A stretch of DNA of 64,000 nucleotides, taken from positions 89,737 to 153,736 of the forward strand of contig CANPVD010000053.1 of assembly GCA_947581615.1 (NCBI GenBank). The letters run 5' to 3'. This document shows positions 25,014 through 34,041 of the stretch, piece after piece. Every line of letters starts with the position of its first letter. The first letter of the stretch is position 1. The position numbers and the translations under genes are program-made. The DNA is from Candidatus Humimonas hydrogenitrophica (GTDB lineage Bacteria > Gemmatimonadota > Gemmatimonadetes > Palauibacterales > Palauibacteraceae). Below the pieces are notes generated by a model. The model did not search any database, was not told where the DNA came from, and worked only from the letters and a program-made list of their open reading frames with translations.

Positions 25014-26471
25014 ATGCCTGACCAAACCGGAGCCCGCGGCGCCGCCGAGGTCGCCGCCACCGCCTCGCGGAGCGCCGGGCTCAAGCGCGAGCTCCGGCTG
25101 GTCGATCTCGTGCTCACGCAGGTGATGTTCATCGTGGGCGCACAGTGGGTGGGCACCGCGGCCATGCTCGGCCACGAGCAGATCGTTTACTGGCTGCTCG
25201 CCATGGCGTTGTTCTACCTGCCGCAGGCGGCCGTGGTCATCTTTCTCAACCGGCGCATGCCGCTCGAGGGCGGCCTCTACCAGTGGGCCAGGATCGGGTT
25301 CAACGACGGGGTGGGCTTCCTGGTCGCCTGGAACCTGTGGATGTTCGCGCTCATCCTCCTGGCCTCGTACGGCGTCGTGATCGCCGACACCTTCAGCTAC
25401 GTCCTCGGGCCGAGCGCCCACTGGCTCACGGGCACCAAGTGGTACGACGGCGCGGTGACGGGTTGCATGGTCGCGATGATCATCCTCGTCTCCCTGTACG
25501 GGCTCCGGATCGGAAAGTGGATCCACGACGCCGGGGGGCTCGCGCACCTCCTCACGTTCGCCGCCCTGCTCGCGATGCCGATCTTCGCCTTCACCCACCA
25601 CACGGTGGTCGACCCTCACCCGTTCGCGGCAGCCATGCCGAGGGCGAACCTGCTGTCGGTGAACATCTTCAGCAAGCTGGCGCTCGGAGCCCTCACCGGC
25701 TTCGAGTACGTGGCCATCCTGGCCGGCGAGACGCGCGATCCCGGCAAGGCCATCGGCCGCTCCGTGCTCATCGCCACGCCGGTCATCGCGCTCATGTTCA
25801 TCCTCGGCACGAGCGCGGTGCTGGCGGCCACGCCGGCGGGCAAGATCGACCTCATCGCGCCCATCCCGCAGGCGCTCACCTACGGGCTCCGGTCGTTCGG
25901 GTGGGCGGTCTACATCGTCCCCGTGCTCACGATGCTGCTGCTCATGCGGCACATCGGGAACGTGAACCTGGTGTTCGCGGCCAACGCGCGGCTGCCGATG
26001 GTGGCCGGCTGGGACGGCCTCCTGCCCGGCTGGTTCACCCGGCTCCACCCGCGCTACCGGACGCCGCTCAACTCCATCCTGTTCGTCGGCGCGGTGACGC
26101 TGGTGTTCGCCGCGCTGAGCCTGGTCGGCGTAGGATTGCAGGAGGCCTTCCAGCTCCTGGACAACGCGGCCGGCGTCCTGTATGCCCTGTGCTACCTGGT
26201 CATGTTCGCGCTGCCACTGGTCGGCCTGCGCGGGTTCGCGAGGGCGCCCCTGTGGCTGCGCCTGGCGGCCGTGTCGGGGTTCGCGGTGACGCTGCTCTAC
26301 ATCGTGCTGTCGGTGTTCCCGATCATCGACGTGAAGAGCTGGACGAGCTTCGCCGCCAAGATCATCGTCGTGGTCGTGATCGCCAACCTGATCGGGGCCG
26401 CGCTGTACCGCGCCGAGAAGCGGCGGCAGGGCGAGCGCGAGGCCGAGGTGGTGAGCGCGGTCGGCGCGTAG
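25014..26471 (+). CDS. APC family amino-acid permease
   Basis: LKRELRLVDL, EGGLYQW, GFEYVAILAGE, LHPRYRTP; about 12 TM segments. Confidence 0.9.
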   Translation: MPDQTGARGAAEVAATASRSAGLKRELRLVDLVLTQVMFIVGAQWVGTAAMLGHEQIVYWLLAMALFYLPQAAVVIFLNRRMPLEGGLYQWARIGFNDGVGFLVAWNLWMFALILLASYGVVIADTFSYVLGPSAHWLTGTKWYDGAVTGCMVAMIILVSLYGLRIGKWIHDAGGLAHLLTFAALLAMPIFAFTHHTVVDPHPFAAAMPRANLLSVNIFSKLALGALTGFEYVAILAGETRDPGKAIGRSVLIATPVIALMFILGTSAVLAATPAGKIDLIAPIPQALTYGLRSFGWAVYIVPVLTMLLLMRHIGNVNLVFAANARLPMVAGWDGLLPGWFTRLHPRYRTPLNSILFVGAVTLVFAALSLVGVGLQEAFQLLDNAAGVLYALCYLVMFALPLVGLRGFARAPLWLRLAAVSGFAVTLLYIVLSVFPIIDVKSWTSFAAKIIVVVVIANLIGAALYRAEKRRQGEREAEVVSAVGA

Positions 26472-26527
26472 CGACGGCATGGCGCCCGCGGCCAGTCTGC
26501 ACATCTGAACCAGAGGAGCACCGAGAC

Positions 26528-27499
26528 ATGCCGGAGGCCCTGGAGCCCGTCCGACCCATCACGCTGGAGGAGATCCGCGACGCGCGCTCGCGCATCGCGG
26601 GCGTCGTCGTGCGTACCCCGCTGGTCCGGCTGGAGCTGGGACCCGAGTATCCCGAGATCCGGCTCAAGCTCGAGAGCCTCCAGCCGATCAACGCCTACAA
26701 GCTGCGCGGCGCCGCCAACGCCGTGGCGCTCCTTCCCGAGGCGGAGCGCGCTCGCGGCGTGTGGACGATCAGCGCGGGCAACGCGGGACAGGGGGTGGCG
26801 TACGCGGCGAGGGCCGCCGGGGTGCTCTGCACCGTCGTCGCCATCGAGACGGCGCCCACCTCGAAGCTGGAGCGCATGCGGGCGCTGGGAGCGCGCGTCG
26901 TCCCCGTCTCCTACGACGTCGCCTGGCAAGCGCTCGAGGCACGCCAGTACCCGGGAATCGAGGGCACCTTCGTGCATCCCTTCGACGACCACGACTTCAT
27001 CGCCGGACACGCGACCATGGGCCTCGAGATCCTGGAGGACGCGCCCGATGTGGCCGCGGTCGTCGCCGCGATCGGCGGAGGCGGACTCGTCACGGCGCTC
27101 GGAAGCGCGATCAAGGCGCTCCGGCCCGAGATCGACGTGTGGGGGGCCGAGCCGGAGACGGCCGCGCCCGCGGCGCGGTCGTTCGAGGCGGGGGCCCCGC
27201 AGCGGTTCGACGCGTGGGAGGCCTCGTTCGTGGACGGCGCCGGGGGCAAGAGCGTGTTCCCCCGCATGTGGGAGCGCATGCGCCCGGTGGTGGACGGCTC
27301 GATCGTGGTCACCCTGGACGAGACCCGGCGCGCCATGCGGCTCATGGCGGAGAAGGCGCGGGTCATCACCGAGGGCGCGGGCGCACTGCCGGTGGCCGCC
27401 GCGCTCACGGGCAAGGCCGGCCCCGGGCCGATCGTGGCCGTCGTGTCGGGGGGCAACATCGACCTCGACACGTTCGCCGAGCTGATCCGGGAGGCGTAG
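26528..27499 (+). CDS. PLP-dependent threonine/serine dehydratase-like enzyme
   Basis: KLESLQPINAYKLRGA, SAGNAGQG, IGGGGL, VVSGGNID; GAGGAG RBS. Confidence 0.88.
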   Translation: MPEALEPVRPITLEEIRDARSRIAGVVVRTPLVRLELGPEYPEIRLKLESLQPINAYKLRGAANAVALLPEAERARGVWTISAGNAGQGVAYAARAAGVLCTVVAIETAPTSKLERMRALGARVVPVSYDVAWQALEARQYPGIEGTFVHPFDDHDFIAGHATMGLEILEDAPDVAAVVAAIGGGGLVTALGSAIKALRPEIDVWGAEPETAAPAARSFEAGAPQRFDAWEASFVDGAGGKSVFPRMWERMRPVVDGSIVVTLDETRRAMRLMAEKARVITEGAGALPVAAALTGKAGPGPIVAVVSGGNIDLDTFAELIREA

Positions 27500-27546
27500 G
27501 GTGGAGCGATGACCGATCCGTACACCTGTTCGGGGGGAAATCCGTG

Positions 27547-29064
27547 ATGTCCGAGCCACGCGTCCGATCGCACCGCCCCGCCGCAGCGGGAGCCACCACG
27601 CCGCGCGGCATCGCGGCGCTCATCACCATGGCGGCGGCGCTCGCCACTCCTTCCCTCATCGCCTTCACGGCGCTCGCCCTGCCGCCCTCACCCGCCGCCG
27701 CGCAGCAGCCTGCCCTCTCCTCCAACGTCCTCCGCTACGTGGCCGTGGACACCCCCGTAGTGGCCCTGACGCACGTGCGAGTCATCGACGGGACGGGGGC
27801 GCCGGCGCGGGCGGACCAGACGCTGGTCATCCGGGCCGGGACGATCGCCGCGCTGGGGCCGGCTTCGTCGGTGAAGGTGCCGCCGGGCGCGGACGTGATG
27901 GACCTCGCCGGGAAGTCGGTGATTCCGGGCCTCGTCATGATGCACGAACACCTGTTCTATCCCACCGGTCCGGGGGTGTACGGCAACACCGCCGAGAGCT
28001 TCACGCGACTCTACCTGGCCGGCGGCGTCACCACCATGCGCACGACCGGGGACATGAACGGCTACGGTGACCTGGCCATCGCGCGGGCCATCAAGGACGG
28101 CCTCAAGCCGGGTCCGTGGATCGACGCCACCGGTCCCTACCTGACGGGCGCGGGGAACCGGTTCGAGCAGATGTACACGCTGAAGGGTGCCGCCGACGCG
28201 AAGCGCATGGTGGACTTCTGGGCTGATGCGGGCGCCACCTCCTTCAAGGCGTACATGAACATCACGCGAGCAGAGCTCGGCGCCGCCGTACAGGAGGCGC
28301 ACGCCCGCGGCCTCAAGATCACGGGGCACCTGTGCTCGGTGACGTACCGCGAGGCGGCGGACCTGGGCATCGACGACCTGGAGCACGGCTTCTTCGTCTC
28401 CACCGACTTCGTGGAGGACAAGAAGTCGGACCAGTGTCCCGGGCAGCGAGCCGGGATGGCGGCCCTGGACCGGGTGGACCCGGCCGGGCCCCGGTTCGGC
28501 GCCCTGGTGGACACCCTCATCGCGCACCACGTGGCCGTGACCTCCACCCTCACCGTGTTCGAGACCTTCACGCCCGGCCGGCCGCAGCCCCCGGGGCTCG
28601 ACGTCCTGGACCCCATCCTGAAGCAGCAGTTCGAGAAGACCTACGAGCGCATCCAGCAGGACACGGCGTCCATCTATCCAGAGCTGTTCGGGAAGGACAT
28701 GGCCATGGAGCGACGCTTCGCCCGGGCGGGCGGGCTGCTGCTGGCCGGCACCGACCCCACCGGCTACGGGGGCGTCATCCCCGGCTATTCGGACCAGCGG
28801 CAGGTCGAGCTCCTGGTCGAGGCGGGGCTCACGCCCCTCGAGGCCATCCGGATCTGCACGCTGAATGGCGCCATCTACCTGGGACGCGCCGACCGGATCG
28901 GCTCGCTGGCCGTGGGCAAGCAGGCGGACCTCGTGGTCATCGATGGCGATCCGGCCGTCCACATCTCCGACATGCGCAACGTGGAAATGGTCTTCCGCCA
29001 GGGCGTGGGCTACGACCCGCGGAAGCTGATCGCGAGCGTGAGAGGGGAGGTCGGGTTGTTCTGA
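27547..29064 (+). CDS. Exported metal-dependent amidohydrolase
   Basis: Signal peptide AAA-QQ; PGLVMMHEH, GVTTMR, LEHG, AGTD, GSLAVGKQADLVV. Confidence 0.88.
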   Translation: MSEPRVRSHRPAAAGATTPRGIAALITMAAALATPSLIAFTALALPPSPAAAQQPALSSNVLRYVAVDTPVVALTHVRVIDGTGAPARADQTLVIRAGTIAALGPASSVKVPPGADVMDLAGKSVIPGLVMMHEHLFYPTGPGVYGNTAESFTRLYLAGGVTTMRTTGDMNGYGDLAIARAIKDGLKPGPWIDATGPYLTGAGNRFEQMYTLKGAADAKRMVDFWADAGATSFKAYMNITRAELGAAVQEAHARGLKITGHLCSVTYREAADLGIDDLEHGFFVSTDFVEDKKSDQCPGQRAGMAALDRVDPAGPRFGALVDTLIAHHVAVTSTLTVFETFTPGRPQPPGLDVLDPILKQQFEKTYERIQQDTASIYPELFGKDMAMERRFARAGGLLLAGTDPTGYGGVIPGYSDQRQVELLVEAGLTPLEAIRICTLNGAIYLGRADRIGSLAVGKQADLVVIDGDPAVHISDMRNVEMVFRQGVGYDPRKLIASVRGEVGLF

Positions 29065-29223
29065 TGCGTCTGCGGCCGTGCGTGGAGGCACCCGGTCGTC
29101 GCACGGTGCACCCCCTGCGGTGATGAGGCGGAAGACATAGGAGGAGGCCCCATGACAGCTCCGGATCGACGCCACGGCATCGCTGGATTCCTGCATTGTG
29201 CGGAGGCGGGCGCCGCCGCGGGG

Positions 29224-29274
29224 CTCCTGGCCGCCACCCTCTCCAACCGCTACCGAATCGAGCGCGAGCTCGGC
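29224..29274 (+). pseudogene. Possible relic of a protein kinase N-terminus
   Basis: Translates LLAATLSNRYRIERELG, matching the start of kinase subdomain I, then diverges. Confidence 0.45.
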
Positions 29275-29307
29275 CACATTCGTCCCCCTCTCCCCGGGAG
29301 GCATCCC

Positions 29308-29763
29308 ATGCTTCGCCGTGCTACCGGTGTCCTGCTCGCAGCGCTCGCAATCCTCTCGGTGGCCCCGCACGCGCTCCAGGCGCAGCAGCGACAGTACATC
29401 GCGCCGCGAGCCGCGACCGACACGACCACGCTTCCCTTCAGCGGAGGCGTCCTGGTCGGCAACACGCTCTACCTGAGCGGCACGATCGGCCTCCTGCCCG
29501 ACCAGACCGTGCCCGCCACGGCCACCGAGGAGGCGCGACGCGTGCTGGACAACATCAAGGAGGCGCTGACCCGGGCGGGGATGACGATGGACGACCTGGT
29601 GCAGGTGCAGGTGTTCTGCTCGGACCTCTCCACGTACGCCGACTTCAACAAGGTGTACCGGACCTACTTCACCAAGGTCTACCCGCCGCGCGCGTTCATC
29701 GGCGTGGCCCACGTGCTGTTCGACGCCCGGTACGAGGTGCAGGGGATCGCCGTGAAGGGCTGA
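29308..29763 (+). CDS. RidA/YjgF family protein with signal peptide
   Basis: GGAGG RBS; MLRRATGVLLAALAILSVAPHALQA; PFSGGVLVGNTLYLSG, FNKVY, PPRA, EVQGIA. Confidence 0.9.
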   Translation: MLRRATGVLLAALAILSVAPHALQAQQRQYIAPRAATDTTTLPFSGGVLVGNTLYLSGTIGLLPDQTVPATATEEARRVLDNIKEALTRAGMTMDDLVQVQVFCSDLSTYADFNKVYRTYFTKVYPPRAFIGVAHVLFDARYEVQGIAVKG

Positions 29764-29809
29764 GGCGAGTCGCCCCCCAAGCGCCGCACCGGTGGAGGCC
29801 GCGCTCCCC

Positions 29810-30163
29810 CTATCCCCCCGCCAGAGCGCCCACGACCAGGAAGGGCTCCCGGCCCGCCGCGACCGCCTCGGGGAGCGGCGTGTCGGGCGGTTCGAGGGAG
29901 AGGTCCCGCCCGCCGGCGAAGAAGCGGAGGAAGTCCCGGCGCTCGCACGTGACGTGATCGCGGATCGTGCCGCGCAGCACCGGATAGGCCTCCTCCAACG
30001 CGTCGAGCACGGCCTCCAGGGTGACCTCGCCCGCCACCCGGAGCGCGACTTCGCCCTCCACGCGGGCCAGCGTCCGCAGGTGGAAGGGCAGCTCCACCCG
30101 TACGAGCCGGCCCTCCCCGCCAGCCCGCGGGGTGGCGTCGCCGGCGGGCGCGTCGGGACTCAC
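29810..30163 (-). CDS. MoaD/ThiS-type ubiquitin-like protein
   Basis: [26 protein letters not shown]..; C-terminal ALAGG; GTG start overlaps the upstream stop. Confidence 0.85.
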   Translation of the reverse strand: MSPDAPAGDATPRAGGEGRLVRVELPFHLRTLARVEGEVALRVAGEVTLEAVLDALEEAYPVLRGTIRDHVTCERRDFLRFFAGGRDLSLEPPDTPLPEAVAAGREPFLVVGALAGG

Positions 30164-31341
30164 GGCAGGGTCTGCACCTCGACCGCCAGCACGGCCGGGA
30201 GGTCCCGGACGATGGGCTCCCACCGGTCCCCGGAGTCGGCCGACGCGTACACCTGGCCGCCCGTCGTGCCGAAGTAGATCCCGCACGGCTCCAGGGCGTC
30301 GGCGGCCATGGCGTCGCGCAGGACGTTCACGTAGCAGTTCTCCTGTGGAAGGCCCCGGGTGAGCGGCTCCCACTCGCCGCCGCCGGTTCGGCTCCGGTAG
30401 ACCCGGAGCTTCCCTTCGGGTGGATAGTGCTCCGAGTCGCTCTTGATCGGCACGACGTACACGGTCTCGGGCTCGTGCGCGTGGACCTCGATCGGGAAGC
30501 CGAAGTCGCTGGGGAGGTCGCCGCTCACCTCGTGCCACGAGTCCCCCGCGTCGTCGCTCCGCATGACGTCCCAGTGCTTCTGCATGTACAGGACCTCGGG
30601 ACGGGCGGGGTGGAGGGCGATCCGGTGCACGCAGTGGCCGATCTCGGCCTCCGGGTCGGGCATGTAGTTGGACACGAGCCCGCGGTTGATGGGACGCCAG
30701 GTGGTCCCTCCATCGACCGTGCGGAAGACGCCCGCCGCGGAGATGGCCGCGTACATCCGGTGGGGATCGGACGGGTCCAGCAGGACGGTGTGGAGGCAGA
30801 GGCCTCCGGCGCCCGGGTTCCAGTGGCTGCCGCCGCCGTATCCCCGGAGCCCCGACACCTCCTGCCAGGAGGTCGCCCCGTCGGTCGAGCGGAACAGGGC
30901 GGCATCCTCGACGCCCGCGTACACCGAGTCCGGATCGTCGAGCGAGGGCTCCAGGTGCCACACCCGCTTGAACTCCCAGGGATGGTCGGTGTCATCGTAC
31001 CACTTGTGCGTGGTGAGCGGCTTCCCGGTCTCCTCGGAGGTGTCGTAGGCGAACTTGTTGCTCACCCCGGTGGGCATGCCCTCGGAGACGTCCGGCAGCT
31101 TCTCCCCGCCGGGCGTCTCCCAGGTCCGGCCACCATCGCTGGAGCGCTGGATGATCTGCCCGAACCAGCCCGAGGTCTGCGAGGCGTAGATCCGGTCGGG
31201 ATCGGCCGCCGAGCCCTTCATGTGGTAGATTTCCCAGCCGCCGAAGTGGGGGCCGCTCACCTCCCAGCTCTTCCGCGTCCCGTCGGCGGTGAGGATGAAC
31301 GCGCCCTTCTTGGTACCGACTAGCACCCGCACTCCGCTCAT
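30160..31341 (-). CDS. BNR/Asp-box repeat beta-propeller protein (sialidase-like fold)
   Basis: Asp boxes [44 protein letters not shown]; no signal peptide. Confidence 0.88.
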   Translation of the reverse strand: MSGVRVLVGTKKGAFILTADGTRKSWEVSGPHFGGWEIYHMKGSAADPDRIYASQTSGWFGQIIQRSSDGGRTWETPGGEKLPDVSEGMPTGVSNKFAYDTSEETGKPLTTHKWYDDTDHPWEFKRVWHLEPSLDDPDSVYAGVEDAALFRSTDGATSWQEVSGLRGYGGGSHWNPGAGGLCLHTVLLDPSDPHRMYAAISAAGVFRTVDGGTTWRPINRGLVSNYMPDPEAEIGHCVHRIALHPARPEVLYMQKHWDVMRSDDAGDSWHEVSGDLPSDFGFPIEVHAHEPETVYVVPIKSDSEHYPPEGKLRVYRSRTGGGEWEPLTRGLPQENCYVNVLRDAMAADALEPCGIYFGTTGGQVYASADSGDRWEPIVRDLPAVLAVEVQTLP

Positions 31342-31412
31342 GGCGTGCTCCTCGAACAAGGGACATCGGCCGCTTCGCCCGCGGGAGCGAGCCGCCCTCC
31401 CGTGACGCACAC

Positions 31413-31430
31413 TACATGTATATGCATCTA
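31413..31430. promoter_or_regulatory. Imperfect AT-rich palindrome, candidate operator of the BNR/MoaD operon
   Basis: TACATGTATATGCATCTA (14 of 18 positions symmetric), about 70 nt upstream of the ATG at 31341. Confidence 0.45.
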
Positions 31431-31530
31431 TCTTCGGAGGGCAAGGCCGGGATCCGTCGAATACGCCCGGCCCCGTTCACGGGCAGAGCGGGCGGGTCGG
31501 GGTCGTACGGCTCGGGATCATCCGCGGAAG

Positions 31531-31614
31531 CGGAGGGGGTGGGATTCGAACCCACATGGGGCTCTCGCCCCGCCGGTTTTCAAGACCGGTGCATTGCCGT
31601 TCTGCCACCCCTCC
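31531..31614 (-). tRNA. tRNA-Ser(UGA)
   Basis: GGAGGGG/CCCCTCC acceptor stem, anticodon arm CCGGT-CTTGAAA-ACCGG, long variable arm, GGTTCGAATCC; CCA not encoded. Confidence 0.95.
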
Positions 31615-31719
31615 GGCCGGGTCAAGCTAACGCGCCGGGGACCGCCTTCCCACCGGGCGACGTGAGGGGCACGGCCCGCCCCGTGGCGCGCGGCCCCCTC
31701 CCCTCCTACCCTCCCCTCC

Positions 31720-32967
31720 ATGCCAGAGGAACCCTCGTCCCGACGCTCGCTGCGCGAAACACTGGCCGGAAACCCCCTCGGCCTGGGGATCACCTCCTTC
31801 TGGGCGGACGTGGCCGGAGAGATGATGTACCCCCTCCTGCCCGCCTTCCTCACGGTCGTGCTCGGCGCAAACGCGGCCTTCCTCGGCCTGGTGGAGGGCG
31901 TCGCGGAGAGCACGGCCAGCCTGCTCAAGCTGGCTGGCGGGTGGCTCTCCGACCGGCTCGGCGTCCGGAAGCCCCTGGCGGCGTGGGGGTACGGGGTCGC
32001 GGCCGTGGCCCGGCCCCTCCTGGCGCTGGTCACGGCCCCATGGCAGCTCCTCATCGCGCGTGCGGCGGACCGGGCCGGCAAGGGGATCCGGACCGCGCCC
32101 CGCGACGCGCTCCTGGCCGGCTCCGTGGACGCGGACCGCAGGGGTGTCGCCTTCGGGTTCCAACGGGCCATGGACAACGCGGGGGCCGTGGTGGGCCCGC
32201 TCGTGGCCGCCGGCCTCATGGCCCTGTGGGCCGGAGGCTACCGGCGCGTGTTCGCGCTCTCGGTGATCCCCGGGGTGCTCTCGGTCCTGGCCATCCTGCG
32301 GCTCACCCGGGAGGTAGGTCCCCGCGCGGAGGCCGACGGCCACGCTGAAACCGGCCGTGCCGGAGCCGATCGCGCCGCCCGCCCCGCCCGCCCGCGCCTG
32401 TCGCTCGGGGCGTTCGGTACACCCTTCCGCGGCTACCTGGGCGCGGTCTTCCTGTTCACCCTGGGCAACTCCTCGGACGCCTTCCTGCTTCTCAGGGCCG
32501 GACAGCTCGGCGTGGCGACCGCCGCCATCCCGCTCCTGTGGGCGGCCTTCAACCTGTCCAAGACCGCCTGGAACCTGCCCGGCGGCCTCCTCTCGGATCG
32601 GCTGGGTCCAAGGCGTTCCATCCTGATCGGCTGGGGGCTGTACGCGCTCGTGTACGTGGGCTTCGCCGTGGCCGGGCGGACGTGGCACGCCTGGGCCCTG
32701 TTCCTCGTGTACGGCCTGTTCTACGGCCTCACGGAGGCCCCCGAGCGGGCCTACGTGGCCCAGATGGCTCCCGAGGGACTGCGGAGCACGGCCTACGGGA
32801 CCTTCCACTTCGCGGTGGGGCTCGCCGCCCTCCCGGCCAGCCTGCTGTTCGGCGCCGTGTGGGAGCTGGCGAGTCCGGAGGCGGCGTTCCTGACGGGCGC
32901 GGGGGTGGGCGTGGCCGCGGCCGCCCTCCTGCTCCTGCTCACGCCCTCGCGGACGGCGCGGGCCTAG
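31720..32967 (+). CDS. MFS transporter
   Basis: GWLSDRLG, DRAGKGIRTAPRDALL, GLLSDRLG; about 12 TM segments. Confidence 0.9.
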   Translation: MPEEPSSRRSLRETLAGNPLGLGITSFWADVAGEMMYPLLPAFLTVVLGANAAFLGLVEGVAESTASLLKLAGGWLSDRLGVRKPLAAWGYGVAAVARPLLALVTAPWQLLIARAADRAGKGIRTAPRDALLAGSVDADRRGVAFGFQRAMDNAGAVVGPLVAAGLMALWAGGYRRVFALSVIPGVLSVLAILRLTREVGPRAEADGHAETGRAGADRAARPARPRLSLGAFGTPFRGYLGAVFLFTLGNSSDAFLLLRAGQLGVATAAIPLLWAAFNLSKTAWNLPGGLLSDRLGPRRSILIGWGLYALVYVGFAVAGRTWHAWALFLVYGLFYGLTEAPERAYVAQMAPEGLRSTAYGTFHFAVGLAALPASLLFGAVWELASPEAAFLTGAGVGVAAAALLLLLTPSRTARA

Positions 32968-33034
32968 AGGGCGGTGGCGACCGGCTCCGCTCCGGCCGCC
33001 TCGACCCACTGTCCCGGGCGGTTGCCGGACCGAG

Positions 33035-33838
33035 CTACTTGCCCGGCGAGTCTCCGATCCGGGACCAGCGCACGGACGTGAGGAACGGCAGGGGACGGGG
33101 CGACGAGGTGTCGTACGACCAGTACAGGAAGGCCAGCTTCCCCTCGAAGCGCGAGCGGTCCAGGAAACCCCAGAAGCGAGAGTCGAGGCTGTGCTCGCGG
33201 TTGTCGCCCATGACGAAGTACTTGTGGGGCGGCACCACGATGGGGCCCCAGTTCTCCAGCGTGGGGCGGTAGGTCTTCCGGTCCACGCCGGGAGCCAGGA
33301 ACTGGTACTGCCACACCATCCACGGGTGGGTCTCGTCGGGCACGGTCGAGTCGTGGACCACGTAGGGCTCGACCTGCGGCTTCCCGTTCCGGATGAGCGT
33401 GCCGTCCCGCATGGACAGCGTGTCGCCCGGCACGCCGATGACGCGCTTGACCACGTCCACGTCCGGCTCCCAGGACGGCCGGAAGATCGCGATCTCGTCC
33501 CGCTGCGGGTCCTTGTAGCCGGGCAGCCGGGCGTGCGTCCCGGGAATGGGCGCCCCGTAGGCGACCTTGTTCACCATGAGGACGTCGCCCACCAGGAGCG
33601 TATTCTCCATGGAGCCCGACGAAATGTAGAAGCTCTGGAGGAGGAAGGTCCGGACGACGAGGAAGAGGACGACGGCGAACAGGATCGTCTTCGTCCACTC
33701 CCACAGGGCGCTGGTAGGCGCGGGCGGAGCGGTGGCCGCCTGACCGCGCTTCGGCGAAGCGGCGCCGCCCTTCGGCGATCCCTTCCCCGCGGGCCCTCCT
33801 TCCGGCCCGCTCGCCTTCGACTTTCGCTTTCTGGCCAT
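33035..33838 (-). CDS. lepB: Signal peptidase I
   Basis: ISSGSMENTLLVGD, VKRVIGVPGD, YFVMGDNREHSLDSRFWG. Confidence 0.95.
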   Translation of the reverse strand: MARKRKSKASGPEGGPAGKGSPKGGAASPKRGQAATAPPAPTSALWEWTKTILFAVVLFLVVRTFLLQSFYISSGSMENTLLVGDVLMVNKVAYGAPIPGTHARLPGYKDPQRDEIAIFRPSWEPDVDVVKRVIGVPGDTLSMRDGTLIRNGKPQVEPYVVHDSTVPDETHPWMVWQYQFLAPGVDRKTYRPTLENWGPIVVPPHKYFVMGDNREHSLDSRFWGFLDRSRFEGKLAFLYWSYDTSSPRPLPFLTSVRWSRIGDSPGK

Positions 33839-34041
33839 CGGCCCCCGTCGGAATGGATGGTCGGACGCCTCCGAGGATAGGGTCGCGGCGCCCGCGGGGC
33901 CACACCGGTGCTCGGCCCTCCCCGGGGGTTTCGCGGCCGCCTCGGGCGCCGCTAGCTTGCGGCGGCCGCCACGGCGGTCTCCGTGAGAGCCCCGGCGTCC
34001 GCGGACGCGCTTCCCTGGGAACCCGCACCGGGAGTGACTCC

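Noticed and set aside
29152..29307. N-terminal extension of RidA in the ORF track
   Set aside because: A better start at 29308 has a GGAGG RBS and yields a clean signal peptide.
31531..31614. tRNA as tRNA-Sec or as an integration site
   Set aside because: The anticodon is UGA (Ser), not UCA. No duplicated 3' end or integrase was seen in the window.
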